Shown one piece after another: positions 54,177 through 61,944 of a stretch of 64,000 nucleotides of DNA; within the stretch, counting starts at the first letter, position 1, and every line of letters starts with the position of its first letter. A program made the translations under genes and the position numbers. The notes beneath the pieces were generated by a model that worked only from the letters and a program-made list of their open reading frames with translations, made no database searches and was not told where the DNA came from. Source of the stretch: an uncultured Pseudohongiella sp. (GTDB lineage Bacteria; Pseudomonadota; Gammaproteobacteria; Pseudomonadales; Pseudohongiellaceae); assembly GCA_951812715.1 (NCBI GenBank), contig OX638323.1:1776577-1840576 (forward strand), read 5' to 3'.

Positions 54177-55481
54177 TCATCGACCTGCCAGGATTTCGAC
54201 GAGACGCTCCAAAGCTTCGATGCAAAACGCCGAGGTCACGGCTTCGGAGCCATGCCCTATCCGCCCCGCCACACCCCATTTCATATGCTGGTCGCCAAAC
54301 GCGAGCAGCTCCGGCCAACTGCCGTCCTGACGTTGCGAGCCCATTAATACTTGCGCCAGGCGTTTCGCGTCGACGCTCTCAAGAGCTCCAATATTATAGA
54401 GCGCCGACACTGCTTGGGCAGTCCCGAGGATGTTGCCAAATTCTCCCTTGTCATCGCTTAAGCCCAGAATGCGATCCGCCAGTATCGGGCGCAGCCGTTC
54501 GAGCGCGGGCCGCGCGCGACTCATGGCGCGGGCGGCCGCATAGTAGATCGCGACCGTATCGGGATACCATTTTGACGAACCTTCAAGCTTGCCTTCCGCG
54601 ATCAAGGCCTCCAGCCATCGTTGAGCATCCCTGGTTTCGGGATAATCGCCCAGGTAAGCAATGACGTTCGCATTAACGACGGGGTCGGCTTCTATACGAA
54701 AGGGCGGCGCGACGTCGGGTTCGTCCTCCGCGTGCAACCAGGTCATGAATCGGCCCTCTTCGTCGCGGTTCTCAAGCATTTGCGAAACGTTCCTTCTCAG
54801 CGAAATCCAGGGGTGAGTCCCGATGACCAGCGAACAGAGCGCGGCGCTGTCTAGATCCAGGGGCAGATGGCGGTAATAGCGCCACAACCCGGGATATTCG
54901 ATGGTGTCGACAAGATACGCCTTGGTTGCGGCGCACATGGCCCTGGCCCGCGCTTCATCGCAACTTTCGAGAGCAAGGACGCAAAAAGCCGAAATAAAGG
55001 GGGGTTTTTCGTAATGCCGCGGAATGTCCGGGTCAGCCGTATTGAACCGCACACAGCGCCAGGCCCCGTTCTCGTCAATGGTCGATTCCAGGAACTCCAG
55101 ACCGCGGCGGATACTTTCCCTGCCCGCTTTTGCAAGTGCTTCGGGTGTAGCTACGCTTGCTCGGGCTATCGTCCTGTCGACTGAGTGGGGACGAAGAGGC
55201 GGCGCGGGGTCGTACATCGTTTTGCGAAGAAAATCTAGCGATGTGGTACCGGCTTTTGCCGCCTCCCGTTCCGCGGCGCTGAATTTGCCGCGCGGCGGGA
55301 GCACCAGATGTGTCGCGTTGCAGGTTTCCTCATGCACATGAATTTCGTGATCTTCGGCCAGCATCACGCCGAGTTCCTTCTCGATCGCTTCCCTGGGATT
55401 CGCGATAAGGCGTTGACGAAATTCGCTGTCTTCGCCGGCTTTCGATAAGAGAGACTCTACTGAATCGATGCGCTTCTTCAT
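54177..55481 (-). CDS. NHLP leader-like domain fused to a prenyltransferase/squalene-cyclase-repeat (alpha/alpha toroid) domain
   Basis: N-terminal ~78 aa (EDSEFRQRLIANPREAIEKELGVMLAEDHEIHVHEETCNATHLVLPP...EREAAKAG) aligns without gaps with the precursor leader. The C-terminal ~365 aa carries QW-type repeats IDENGAWR, NRDEEGRFMTW, SDDKGEFG, QRQDGSWP. ATG at 55481 chosen (ggaaaag 4 nt upstream); the track ORF starts at a TTG at 55517. Confidence 0.75.
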   Translation of the reverse strand: MKKRIDSVESLLSKAGEDSEFRQRLIANPREAIEKELGVMLAEDHEIHVHEETCNATHLVLPPRGKFSAAEREAAKAGTTSLDFLRKTMYDPAPPLRPHSVDRTIARASVATPEALAKAGRESIRRGLEFLESTIDENGAWRCVRFNTADPDIPRHYEKPPFISAFCVLALESCDEARARAMCAATKAYLVDTIEYPGLWRYYRHLPLDLDSAALCSLVIGTHPWISLRRNVSQMLENRDEEGRFMTWLHAEDEPDVAPPFRIEADPVVNANVIAYLGDYPETRDAQRWLEALIAEGKLEGSSKWYPDTVAIYYAAARAMSRARPALERLRPILADRILGLSDDKGEFGNILGTAQAVSALYNIGALESVDAKRLAQVLMGSQRQDGSWPELLAFGDQHMKWGVAGRIGHGSEAVTSAFCIEALERLVEILAGR

Positions 55482-55575
55482 TGACTTTTCCAATTTCAAC
55501 CGCTCCCAGGCGCCCAATTCGCGCGGTAAATACTGTTCCGGTTCATATTGCCCCGCCGATATTCATATCCACTTC

Positions 55576-57969
55576 TCAAGCGATTACCGGCATGGGATTG
55601 AGTTCGGCCTCCGCCAGCGGACTCTTTCGCAGGCCCATGTCAACCGGAACCTGGTACAGTCGACCCGGCGCGAGTCTTTCCCAGAAATGGCGCATGCCGG
55701 GCACGATCACCCGCACCACGGGCATGCCGATATCGGGCCGTGTCTGATCGAGCACTAGCAGTTCCATGCCTTTGGCTTCGACCAGCCCCCGGCAATATTC
55801 GACGTCATCGCGGGCGTCCGTCGATTCGATGAGCGGATAATCCCGCGCCTGGCGCATTGGCGCTTCGGCCGGCGCCAACCAGGAGCAATCGGACAGTCGC
55901 GCTGTTTTCCACCACCATAGCGCAAGCGGGTCGTCGATCATGGGCTTGGCATTGTGGCTGCCGGGGCGATTGCCGGGCCGCGGCAGCCAGGTCAGGCACT
56001 GGTTCAATTCGCAGATCGCCCGCTGGGCGGCGATCTTCGGGTCGGCGTGGGCGCCGGCGCCGTAAATTATGTCTTCGGTTTCCGCGTCCGGCCTGCGCGA
56101 GAGCGCGACGAAAGTTGGAATGCAGATATCCGAGGTGACATCGAGCAGCCAAACTTCTCTTTCGCATTGGGCGTAATACTCGGCGGCCGAAGCGAGGTAC
56201 CGGTCGTTGAAACTGGCAAGATCGACCATCGGCGCCCGCAGCCGGTTGTACCACCAGATAGCGAAGGCATCGCGTTCGGCCAACTCATAAAAGCCTTGCA
56301 GGATCGCCTCTTCACGGGTGTTGCCGGCGGCGCAGCCGTTGGAATCGGCGAACAGGTCGAATTTTCCGCGTTGTTCGGGCGCCATGCTGTAAAGCATCGA
56401 TGTCGGCAGATAGCGATGCCGCTGGCTGGAAAGCGACCAGACCGGCGTCCAGTCGATTTCGGCATCGGGATCGAGGCGCGGTGGTATGACATTATATGGG
56501 TGTCCCTTGGCATTGATGCTCGCGGCGTTGTCGAGTTGGGTTTCGCTGAACAACTGAACTTCGTTGGGATGGATTGCCGCCGCCTCATCGGCGAAATCGC
56601 TGAAGCTCTTGCAGGTACGAATTTCCTCGCCATGCAAGGCGCCCGAGTATCGCTCCACCGCCTCGCAAAGCGCGCTGACTTCGGATTGTTCTCTGGTGCT
56701 GCCCTTGCCGGCGCTCTTGCTGCGCAAGCTGCGCCGCAGCGAACTCAGTTTGCGGCTACGCATTCCCAGATTGCTGCCGGCCCAATAAACATGCAGCCAG
56801 GAATCGGTTTCGTCGGTGGTGCGCGTCAGCCAGGTAACGACGCCACTGACCGGGCTGACGAGGTGACGGTATTTCGCCAGCGTAACTTCCGGCGCCACGG
56901 TGCGCGCGCCGCCGCTGTTGCTGACGGCCTTGGGGCTTGCTTGCAGGCGCGGCGGTACCGGCGGCCGATCCGGGCGATAAAGCGCTTCGTCGCCACAGGC
57001 CCGACATTGCGGCCGTCGCATTACCCGATGCCGCGAACTCTCGAAACGGCCGGTATTGAGCGTCAGCGCGTGCTCGTGAATCGGGGCCTCCTCGCCGAGC
57101 ACGACCCATTTGACGATTTCCGCGGCGATCAATCCATAGAGCGCGTCGATCACCGCCGGTTCCCGGGCGAAGGGCTTGAAGGCTGCCTCCTCGCCGCCCA
57201 GGTTACGCAGAAAATTGTGCACTTCCTGGTGGGCGCGCAGGCGGTAACTCAGACAGGCCCAGCAGGGGCCTTTCCCGTCCGCGTGAAAGACGGGACCGAA
57301 CAGCGGCTGAATGCCCCAGGGCCGAACAAGCATCCAGGGCGCCCCGGTTTCGAGCTGGCGCCCGTTCACTTCCGCGAAGCGCTCCTTCAGATAATCCGCG
57401 CAGACAATGACGCTGAGCTTCGGATCCTGATTTCCCACAACCGCGCCGCTTGACTCAAGCCTTGGGATCAGGCGGTCGTCGTCGCCGGATACCGCGATTC
57501 GCGATTCCGCCAATTGCTGCTCGACCCAGCGCGGCGACGCGCCAAGCGACGACCAATAGGCCGCCCGATCCGCATCCATGCCATGATCGGCGGAAAGCAC
57601 ATAGCCCTTGGTGGAGAGCGAGGCCAGCGCCGTGAGCACATCCGCGGCGGCATGGCTGGCTTCAAGCGCGGCAATGATTTCGCCTTGCGCGCGCCGGCCG
57701 TCGAGCAGCGGCAGCAGGTCGCAATACAAGCCGCCATGCAACAGGGTATTGAAAGTCTCGGAAACGAGCAGTGTCTGCTGTTCGCCGATGACGTGAAAGC
57801 GCAAGTGGGGAGCGAGCGCGGGGAGTTCGACCAAGCCCTGATCGGCTGGGGTGATTCTCCTCAGTATTCCACCAGAGGATCTCGATTCCGTTTGGGTCCG
57901 CACCTGAATATTCCGCGCCGGCTTAACTAGGTATTCTCTGAAAAATTCCAGTCCAGTCGCGGAGCGCAA
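55576..57969 (-). CDS. fused TOMM cyclodehydratase (E1-like leader-docking domain + YcaO domain)
   Basis: 797 aa, the size and architecture of PatD/TruD-type fused enzymes. N-terminal LRFHVIGEQQTLLVSETFNTLLHGGLYCDLLPLLDGRR resembles the docking-domain consensus. The C-terminal half is YcaO-like and ends NPMPVIA (Pro-rich C-terminus). TTG start is uncertain. Confidence 0.8.
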   Translation of the reverse strand: MRSATGLEFFREYLVKPARNIQVRTQTESRSSGGILRRITPADQGLVELPALAPHLRFHVIGEQQTLLVSETFNTLLHGGLYCDLLPLLDGRRAQGEIIAALEASHAAADVLTALASLSTKGYVLSADHGMDADRAAYWSSLGASPRWVEQQLAESRIAVSGDDDRLIPRLESSGAVVGNQDPKLSVIVCADYLKERFAEVNGRQLETGAPWMLVRPWGIQPLFGPVFHADGKGPCWACLSYRLRAHQEVHNFLRNLGGEEAAFKPFAREPAVIDALYGLIAAEIVKWVVLGEEAPIHEHALTLNTGRFESSRHRVMRRPQCRACGDEALYRPDRPPVPPRLQASPKAVSNSGGARTVAPEVTLAKYRHLVSPVSGVVTWLTRTTDETDSWLHVYWAGSNLGMRSRKLSSLRRSLRSKSAGKGSTREQSEVSALCEAVERYSGALHGEEIRTCKSFSDFADEAAAIHPNEVQLFSETQLDNAASINAKGHPYNVIPPRLDPDAEIDWTPVWSLSSQRHRYLPTSMLYSMAPEQRGKFDLFADSNGCAAGNTREEAILQGFYELAERDAFAIWWYNRLRAPMVDLASFNDRYLASAAEYYAQCEREVWLLDVTSDICIPTFVALSRRPDAETEDIIYGAGAHADPKIAAQRAICELNQCLTWLPRPGNRPGSHNAKPMIDDPLALWWWKTARLSDCSWLAPAEAPMRQARDYPLIESTDARDDVEYCRGLVEAKGMELLVLDQTRPDIGMPVVRVIVPGMRHFWERLAPGRLYQVPVDMGLRKSPLAEAELNPMPVIA

Positions 57970-58159
57970 CTCCGCGCCGTCCGGGCCGCGCTCGAAGCCG
58001 CGCTTCGAAACCGCTTGCCCCCATCCATTGATTGTTCATTGCCGCATAGCGAGTGTGAGCTTGTTTTCTCCCGAGTTCAATGGCCCGCCCCATCGAATTC
58101 GGCGGCAGATCCTTGCGCCGCGCGGAAGCTCTGATTGAATCAAAACTTGCCTGGATTCT

Positions 58160-60559
58160 TCAGGCGCGTACGCCAAGAGCTTCGATTTCGGCGGCGGCGC
58201 GGAATGCGGTTGCGGCAACCGCCACATTCAGCGCATCGAAATTCTCATGACCGCATGCGCTCGCGACAAGCGCCTTGATTTTCGCAGCCGAGGAATTGAC
58301 GTCGAAGCCCTCATCGCCGATCAAACACACAATGCCCTGCAAATCCCGGCACATGGCGGCAGCTTGCGCGAGCGATTCGGCGCCCGCGCTTTCGAACACG
58401 CTTGCCGCGCTCGGCTCTGAATCTTCGATCTTGCCTCCAGCGCCGGTTATTTGAAGATAACGCGCGGTTCGCTCAATATCGTCGAGTCCGCCGCGCATGG
58501 CTGCAAACGAAGTCACGCCCGGTTCCGGAGCGTCTTCGGGCAGTTGGCGCAATTCGGCCATCAGCGCGTCGTTTCTACTCCAGCCGTCGAGGATTTCGCG
58601 CCGAACCTCGGCAAAACGGCTGCCCAAATTCGAGTCACCGGATTCGAACGCGCAACGCGCCCTGCTCAGGTCGGGAACTTCTTTCGGCGCCGCGCTACGA
58701 TAAAGTTCGGCGAGGTCGCAAAGCGGAAGCGCCAGACAGGACTTCGAATCGCTCGGCATCGGCGAGAAAAGCAGGCTTTCCTGGGTCAGATCGGAAAGGA
58801 TTTCGCGAAAGCGCTTGCACAGGTGTTCGTTTTCGCCCGCCCGCCAACCGTCATGGACAAACAGGATATCCACCGTGGCGCCGGGATGGACCTCGCGGCT
58901 GGCCAGATCTCCGAGGAAGATCGCCGCTATGCCGCCTTCGCGCAACGGACCGCGCCGGTCGACGAAGTCCGCCACCACGGCGGAAAGCACGGTCGTGATC
59001 GAAGCTTCGGCGAGATTCGACAAGGCGGCTTTCGCTTCGGCCGGAGACAGGTTTCCGCGCACGGTGTGCATGCCGATCTGAAACGCCCGGTCGTTTGACC
59101 AGTTGCGCACGATTTCGGCGGTTTCCCTGGCATCGGCCACGGGAATCTCGGCGATCTGGCTCTTCATTTCCTGAACGTCCATTTCGCGAGTCCAATACAG
59201 CCGAGTCAATCCGCGCCGCGCGATCGATTCGGATTCAGGGTCGGGTCCGAATCCCTTCGGCAGGTCGAGATCGGTGAATTCGCGTTCGGTCAGGTTGTCG
59301 AGCAATTCCGGATTGCGTTCGATCCATTTGGCGAGCCGCGGAGCGGCGCCGAAAATCTCGACGATCGCGTCGAAAGCTTCTGGACGCGACGCCGAAACCG
59401 GGCTGTCGTAGGCGCTCCAGTCGTCGATCTCGGGATAGAAATACTTGCGCCATTGGTCGACAATGGGGTCCATTTTTGCAAACCATCGCTTCGGCCGCAG
59501 CACGAGATTCATCATGTCGCCATAGGTTCCCGGCAAATGCGGCGATTCCTCGGGGTTACAATTCTGCAGCAGCGGAAATTGCCGGCTCGCGACCGCGTGA
59601 TGGTCCGCGTGGCGCTGCATGTTGAAGAACAGCCAGTTACTGAACTTCCAGTCGGCGCTCCAGGAATGACGCGGCATCACCTTTTCCCAGCGACCGTTCG
59701 CCAGCCGCACCCGGCGCAGTCCGTAATGTTGCAGGTAGTTGCTGATCTTCATCGAAAACACGCAACTGAACCCGAGCGCCGCGAAAACAAGCACGGCCCA
59801 AATGCCTCCCATTAGGAAAACCAGGCCGTACCAGAACGCCATATAGGCGCCATAGCGCCAGAACGGATTGCTCAAGTGCCAGATCGGCAGGCGCCGCCGC
59901 GCCAGACGCTCTCCGGCGACTTTCCAGGAGCCGGTGAGATTGCTGATGATCTCCTTGGGGAAATAACTCCAGAAACTCTCCCCCCTGGGCGCCGATCCTA
60001 CGTCGTGAGGCGTGCCGACCTGGGCATGGTGGATATAGATGTGTTCGGTGGAATATTGCGGGTAGGAGGCGGATGCGAGCAGCAATTCCCCCAGCCGCCG
60101 TTCCCAAGAGGTCCGCCGGTGAATCATTTCGTGGCCGACGATGAAGACCGCCTGTGCTTCTACAGTCAGGATAATTGCCAGTAATACGTCTTCCCAGACC
60201 GCGAAAGGATTGGCGACCAGGATCTGCCACATGCCGAAGATGAGCGTCGGGGGCCAGAGTAACGCCCAGGCCCACGCGGGCAGATTGTGCCAGAGCAGGC
60301 GGCGTTCCGGTGTCCTGGCCGGGTCCATGTTGCGGCCGTCGAGTCCCATCACCCGGTCGATCATGCCGTTGCCACTCATGAAAAAGAGAAACGGCGGCAA
60401 CAGCCACCAGCCGCCGTAAATCGAGGCGGCAACAATCAGCGGGAAAATTCCCAATGGCAGGTAATGCGGAAGCGCATTAAAAATCGACGGCTCGATCAGT
60501 TTGGGAATGTCAGCGTTTTGCGGGCCTGGGCCGCCCGGTGTGATCGTATCTTGTGGCAT
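58160..60559 (-). CDS. fusion protein: AlkB-type membrane di-iron hydroxylase + GlnE-like nucleotidyltransferase module
   Basis: N-terminal half has the His boxes HEMIHRR, EHIYIHH, NYLQHYGL, QRHADHH of the alkane-1-monooxygenase family. The C-terminal ~400 aa resembles one adenylyltransferase repeat of GlnE (FLGDLASREVHPGATVDILFVHDG). Confidence 0.7.
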   Translation of the reverse strand: MPQDTITPGGPGPQNADIPKLIEPSIFNALPHYLPLGIFPLIVAASIYGGWWLLPPFLFFMSGNGMIDRVMGLDGRNMDPARTPERRLLWHNLPAWAWALLWPPTLIFGMWQILVANPFAVWEDVLLAIILTVEAQAVFIVGHEMIHRRTSWERRLGELLLASASYPQYSTEHIYIHHAQVGTPHDVGSAPRGESFWSYFPKEIISNLTGSWKVAGERLARRRLPIWHLSNPFWRYGAYMAFWYGLVFLMGGIWAVLVFAALGFSCVFSMKISNYLQHYGLRRVRLANGRWEKVMPRHSWSADWKFSNWLFFNMQRHADHHAVASRQFPLLQNCNPEESPHLPGTYGDMMNLVLRPKRWFAKMDPIVDQWRKYFYPEIDDWSAYDSPVSASRPEAFDAIVEIFGAAPRLAKWIERNPELLDNLTEREFTDLDLPKGFGPDPESESIARRGLTRLYWTREMDVQEMKSQIAEIPVADARETAEIVRNWSNDRAFQIGMHTVRGNLSPAEAKAALSNLAEASITTVLSAVVADFVDRRGPLREGGIAAIFLGDLASREVHPGATVDILFVHDGWRAGENEHLCKRFREILSDLTQESLLFSPMPSDSKSCLALPLCDLAELYRSAAPKEVPDLSRARCAFESGDSNLGSRFAEVRREILDGWSRNDALMAELRQLPEDAPEPGVTSFAAMRGGLDDIERTARYLQITGAGGKIEDSEPSAASVFESAGAESLAQAAAMCRDLQGIVCLIGDEGFDVNSSAAKIKALVASACGHENFDALNVAVAATAFRAAAEIEALGVRA

Positions 60560-60679
60560 AGCGTCTACCCGCCAGCTTGAACTGCTTTTATTGTTTACGG
60601 ATTATGTTAACTACAGACCAGGATCAGTGCAATTCCGGCGGGTCACCGAGAACAGGTAACAGCGCCCGGGAACCGGCCG

Positions 60680-61141
60680 CTAACCAGGACTTGCTCGGAG
60701 CGGGTCGAGCCGCAGAAAACGGCGCGGCGGAAACCCGGTCATGAATTTGAATACCAGGCCCGCACTATAGATTTCAGCGACGCGATCGAGTTCATCACCG
60801 CCGAGCGGCACGGCAATATAGGGTTGCGGTTCGCCGCCGATTGCGGTCGCGACTTCGACTTGCGGTCGTTCGATGGCATGGCCGTACCATTGCCGCGGCC
60901 AATGATTCGCCGCCACGTAGATGCTGCCGTCGATGTCTCGCCGCGAGATTACGCGCTCATGGGGGCTGCCGCTATCGTCGGTCGTGATGATGACAATACT
61001 GTCGCCGCCGCTTGGTTGGAAATAGCCGAGCATCGACTCGAACGCGACAACTAACAGTACATATGCCGCCGCCATGACGATGGCGATGCGGATCCAGCGT
61101 GACGTATCGATTGCCATCTTGTTCCTCCCGAAGGTCATCAT
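60680..61141 (-). CDS. membrane-anchored hypothetical protein (possibly DUF385/deazaflavin-nitroreductase-like fold)
   Basis: TM IRIAIVMAAAYVLLVVAF, then a segment IYVAANHWPRQWYGHAIERPQVEV weakly reminiscent of DUF385. Confidence 0.35.
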   Translation of the reverse strand: MMTFGRNKMAIDTSRWIRIAIVMAAAYVLLVVAFESMLGYFQPSGGDSIVIITTDDSGSPHERVISRRDIDGSIYVAANHWPRQWYGHAIERPQVEVATAIGGEPQPYIAVPLGGDELDRVAEIYSAGLVFKFMTGFPPRRFLRLDPLRASPG

Positions 61142-61221
61142 AATAGGTCAGCATTCCACATTCCATGTAGTAGTTGTTTTTGCTAGTCTGACTGGACTTT
61201 TCCTTAAGCCTGGATTCGAAC

Positions 61222-61944
61222 TTGGCGCGTAAACAGCCTCAACCGCCCGCGCGCGACGGTGAGCGCGAAGCGCAGCCAGCCAATCCCGGCCGGCGTAATC
61301 TGCTCAAGGGCGCCGGCGTGGTCGGCGCGGCGACGCTTGGCGGCGGCGGCAGGTTGATTGCCCAGCAGACTCCACCCGCGCCGAACGCGGCGCCACCGGT
61401 TCGCGAGGCGCTCGAAACGCTTACCGCGGCCGAAGTCGAGACCCTGGAAATTATCTGCGATTGTCTCATCCCCGCGGATGAGAACGGCCCCGGCGCCCGC
61501 GAGGCGCGCGCGGCGCACTATATCGACCGGGCGCTGGCGGGTCCCGATGCCGATGACCTCGAAGCCTTTCGCATCGGCCTTGCCGCGATCGAGGATTATG
61601 CGCGCAACGTCACGGGCAAGCCTTTTGCACTTCTGATCCGCGACCGGCAGGAATCGATCCTGCTGGCCTTGCAGCAGAACAAGCTCGACGGATTCATGCC
61701 AAACGGCGCCGGGTTCTTCAATTTGCTGCGCGATCACACGATCAACGGCGCCTTCAGCGACCCCTACTATGGCGGCAATCGCGATTTCGTCGGCTGGGAC
61801 ATGATCAGATATCCCGGCGTTCGCATCGGGGCAAGCGAGCGCGAGGTCGAACTCGGCGCCGCCTTGCCGCCCAATCACCAGTCCGCATACGACTATCGGC
61901 CCTATACCAAGACCGGCGGTCAGGGAGGGGCGAATCGTGCCTAG
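61222..61944 (+). CDS. gluconate 2-dehydrogenase subunit-3-family protein (Tat signal)
   Basis: GRRNLLKGAGVVGAATLGG twin-arginine-type signal. 8-nt overlap with the GMC flavoprotein gene, the usual pairing. TTG start uncertain. Confidence 0.65.
   Translation: MARKQPQPPARDGEREAQPANPGRRNLLKGAGVVGAATLGGGGRLIAQQTPPAPNAAPPVREALETLTAAEVETLEIICDCLIPADENGPGAREARAAHYIDRALAGPDADDLEAFRIGLAAIEDYARNVTGKPFALLIRDRQESILLALQQNKLDGFMPNGAGFFNLLRDHTINGAFSDPYYGGNRDFVGWDMIRYPGVRIGASEREVELGAALPPNHQSAYDYRPYTKTGGQGGANRA

Noticed and set aside
54177-55481. Interpreting the toroid domain as a LanC-like lanthionine cyclase, which is also an alpha/alpha toroid common in RiPP clusters.
   Set aside because: I do not see the LanC zinc-ligand motifs (WCxG / CHG) or the GxxG repeat pattern. 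The repeats present are of the QW/prenyltransferase type, and the core has no Ser/Thr to dehydrate.
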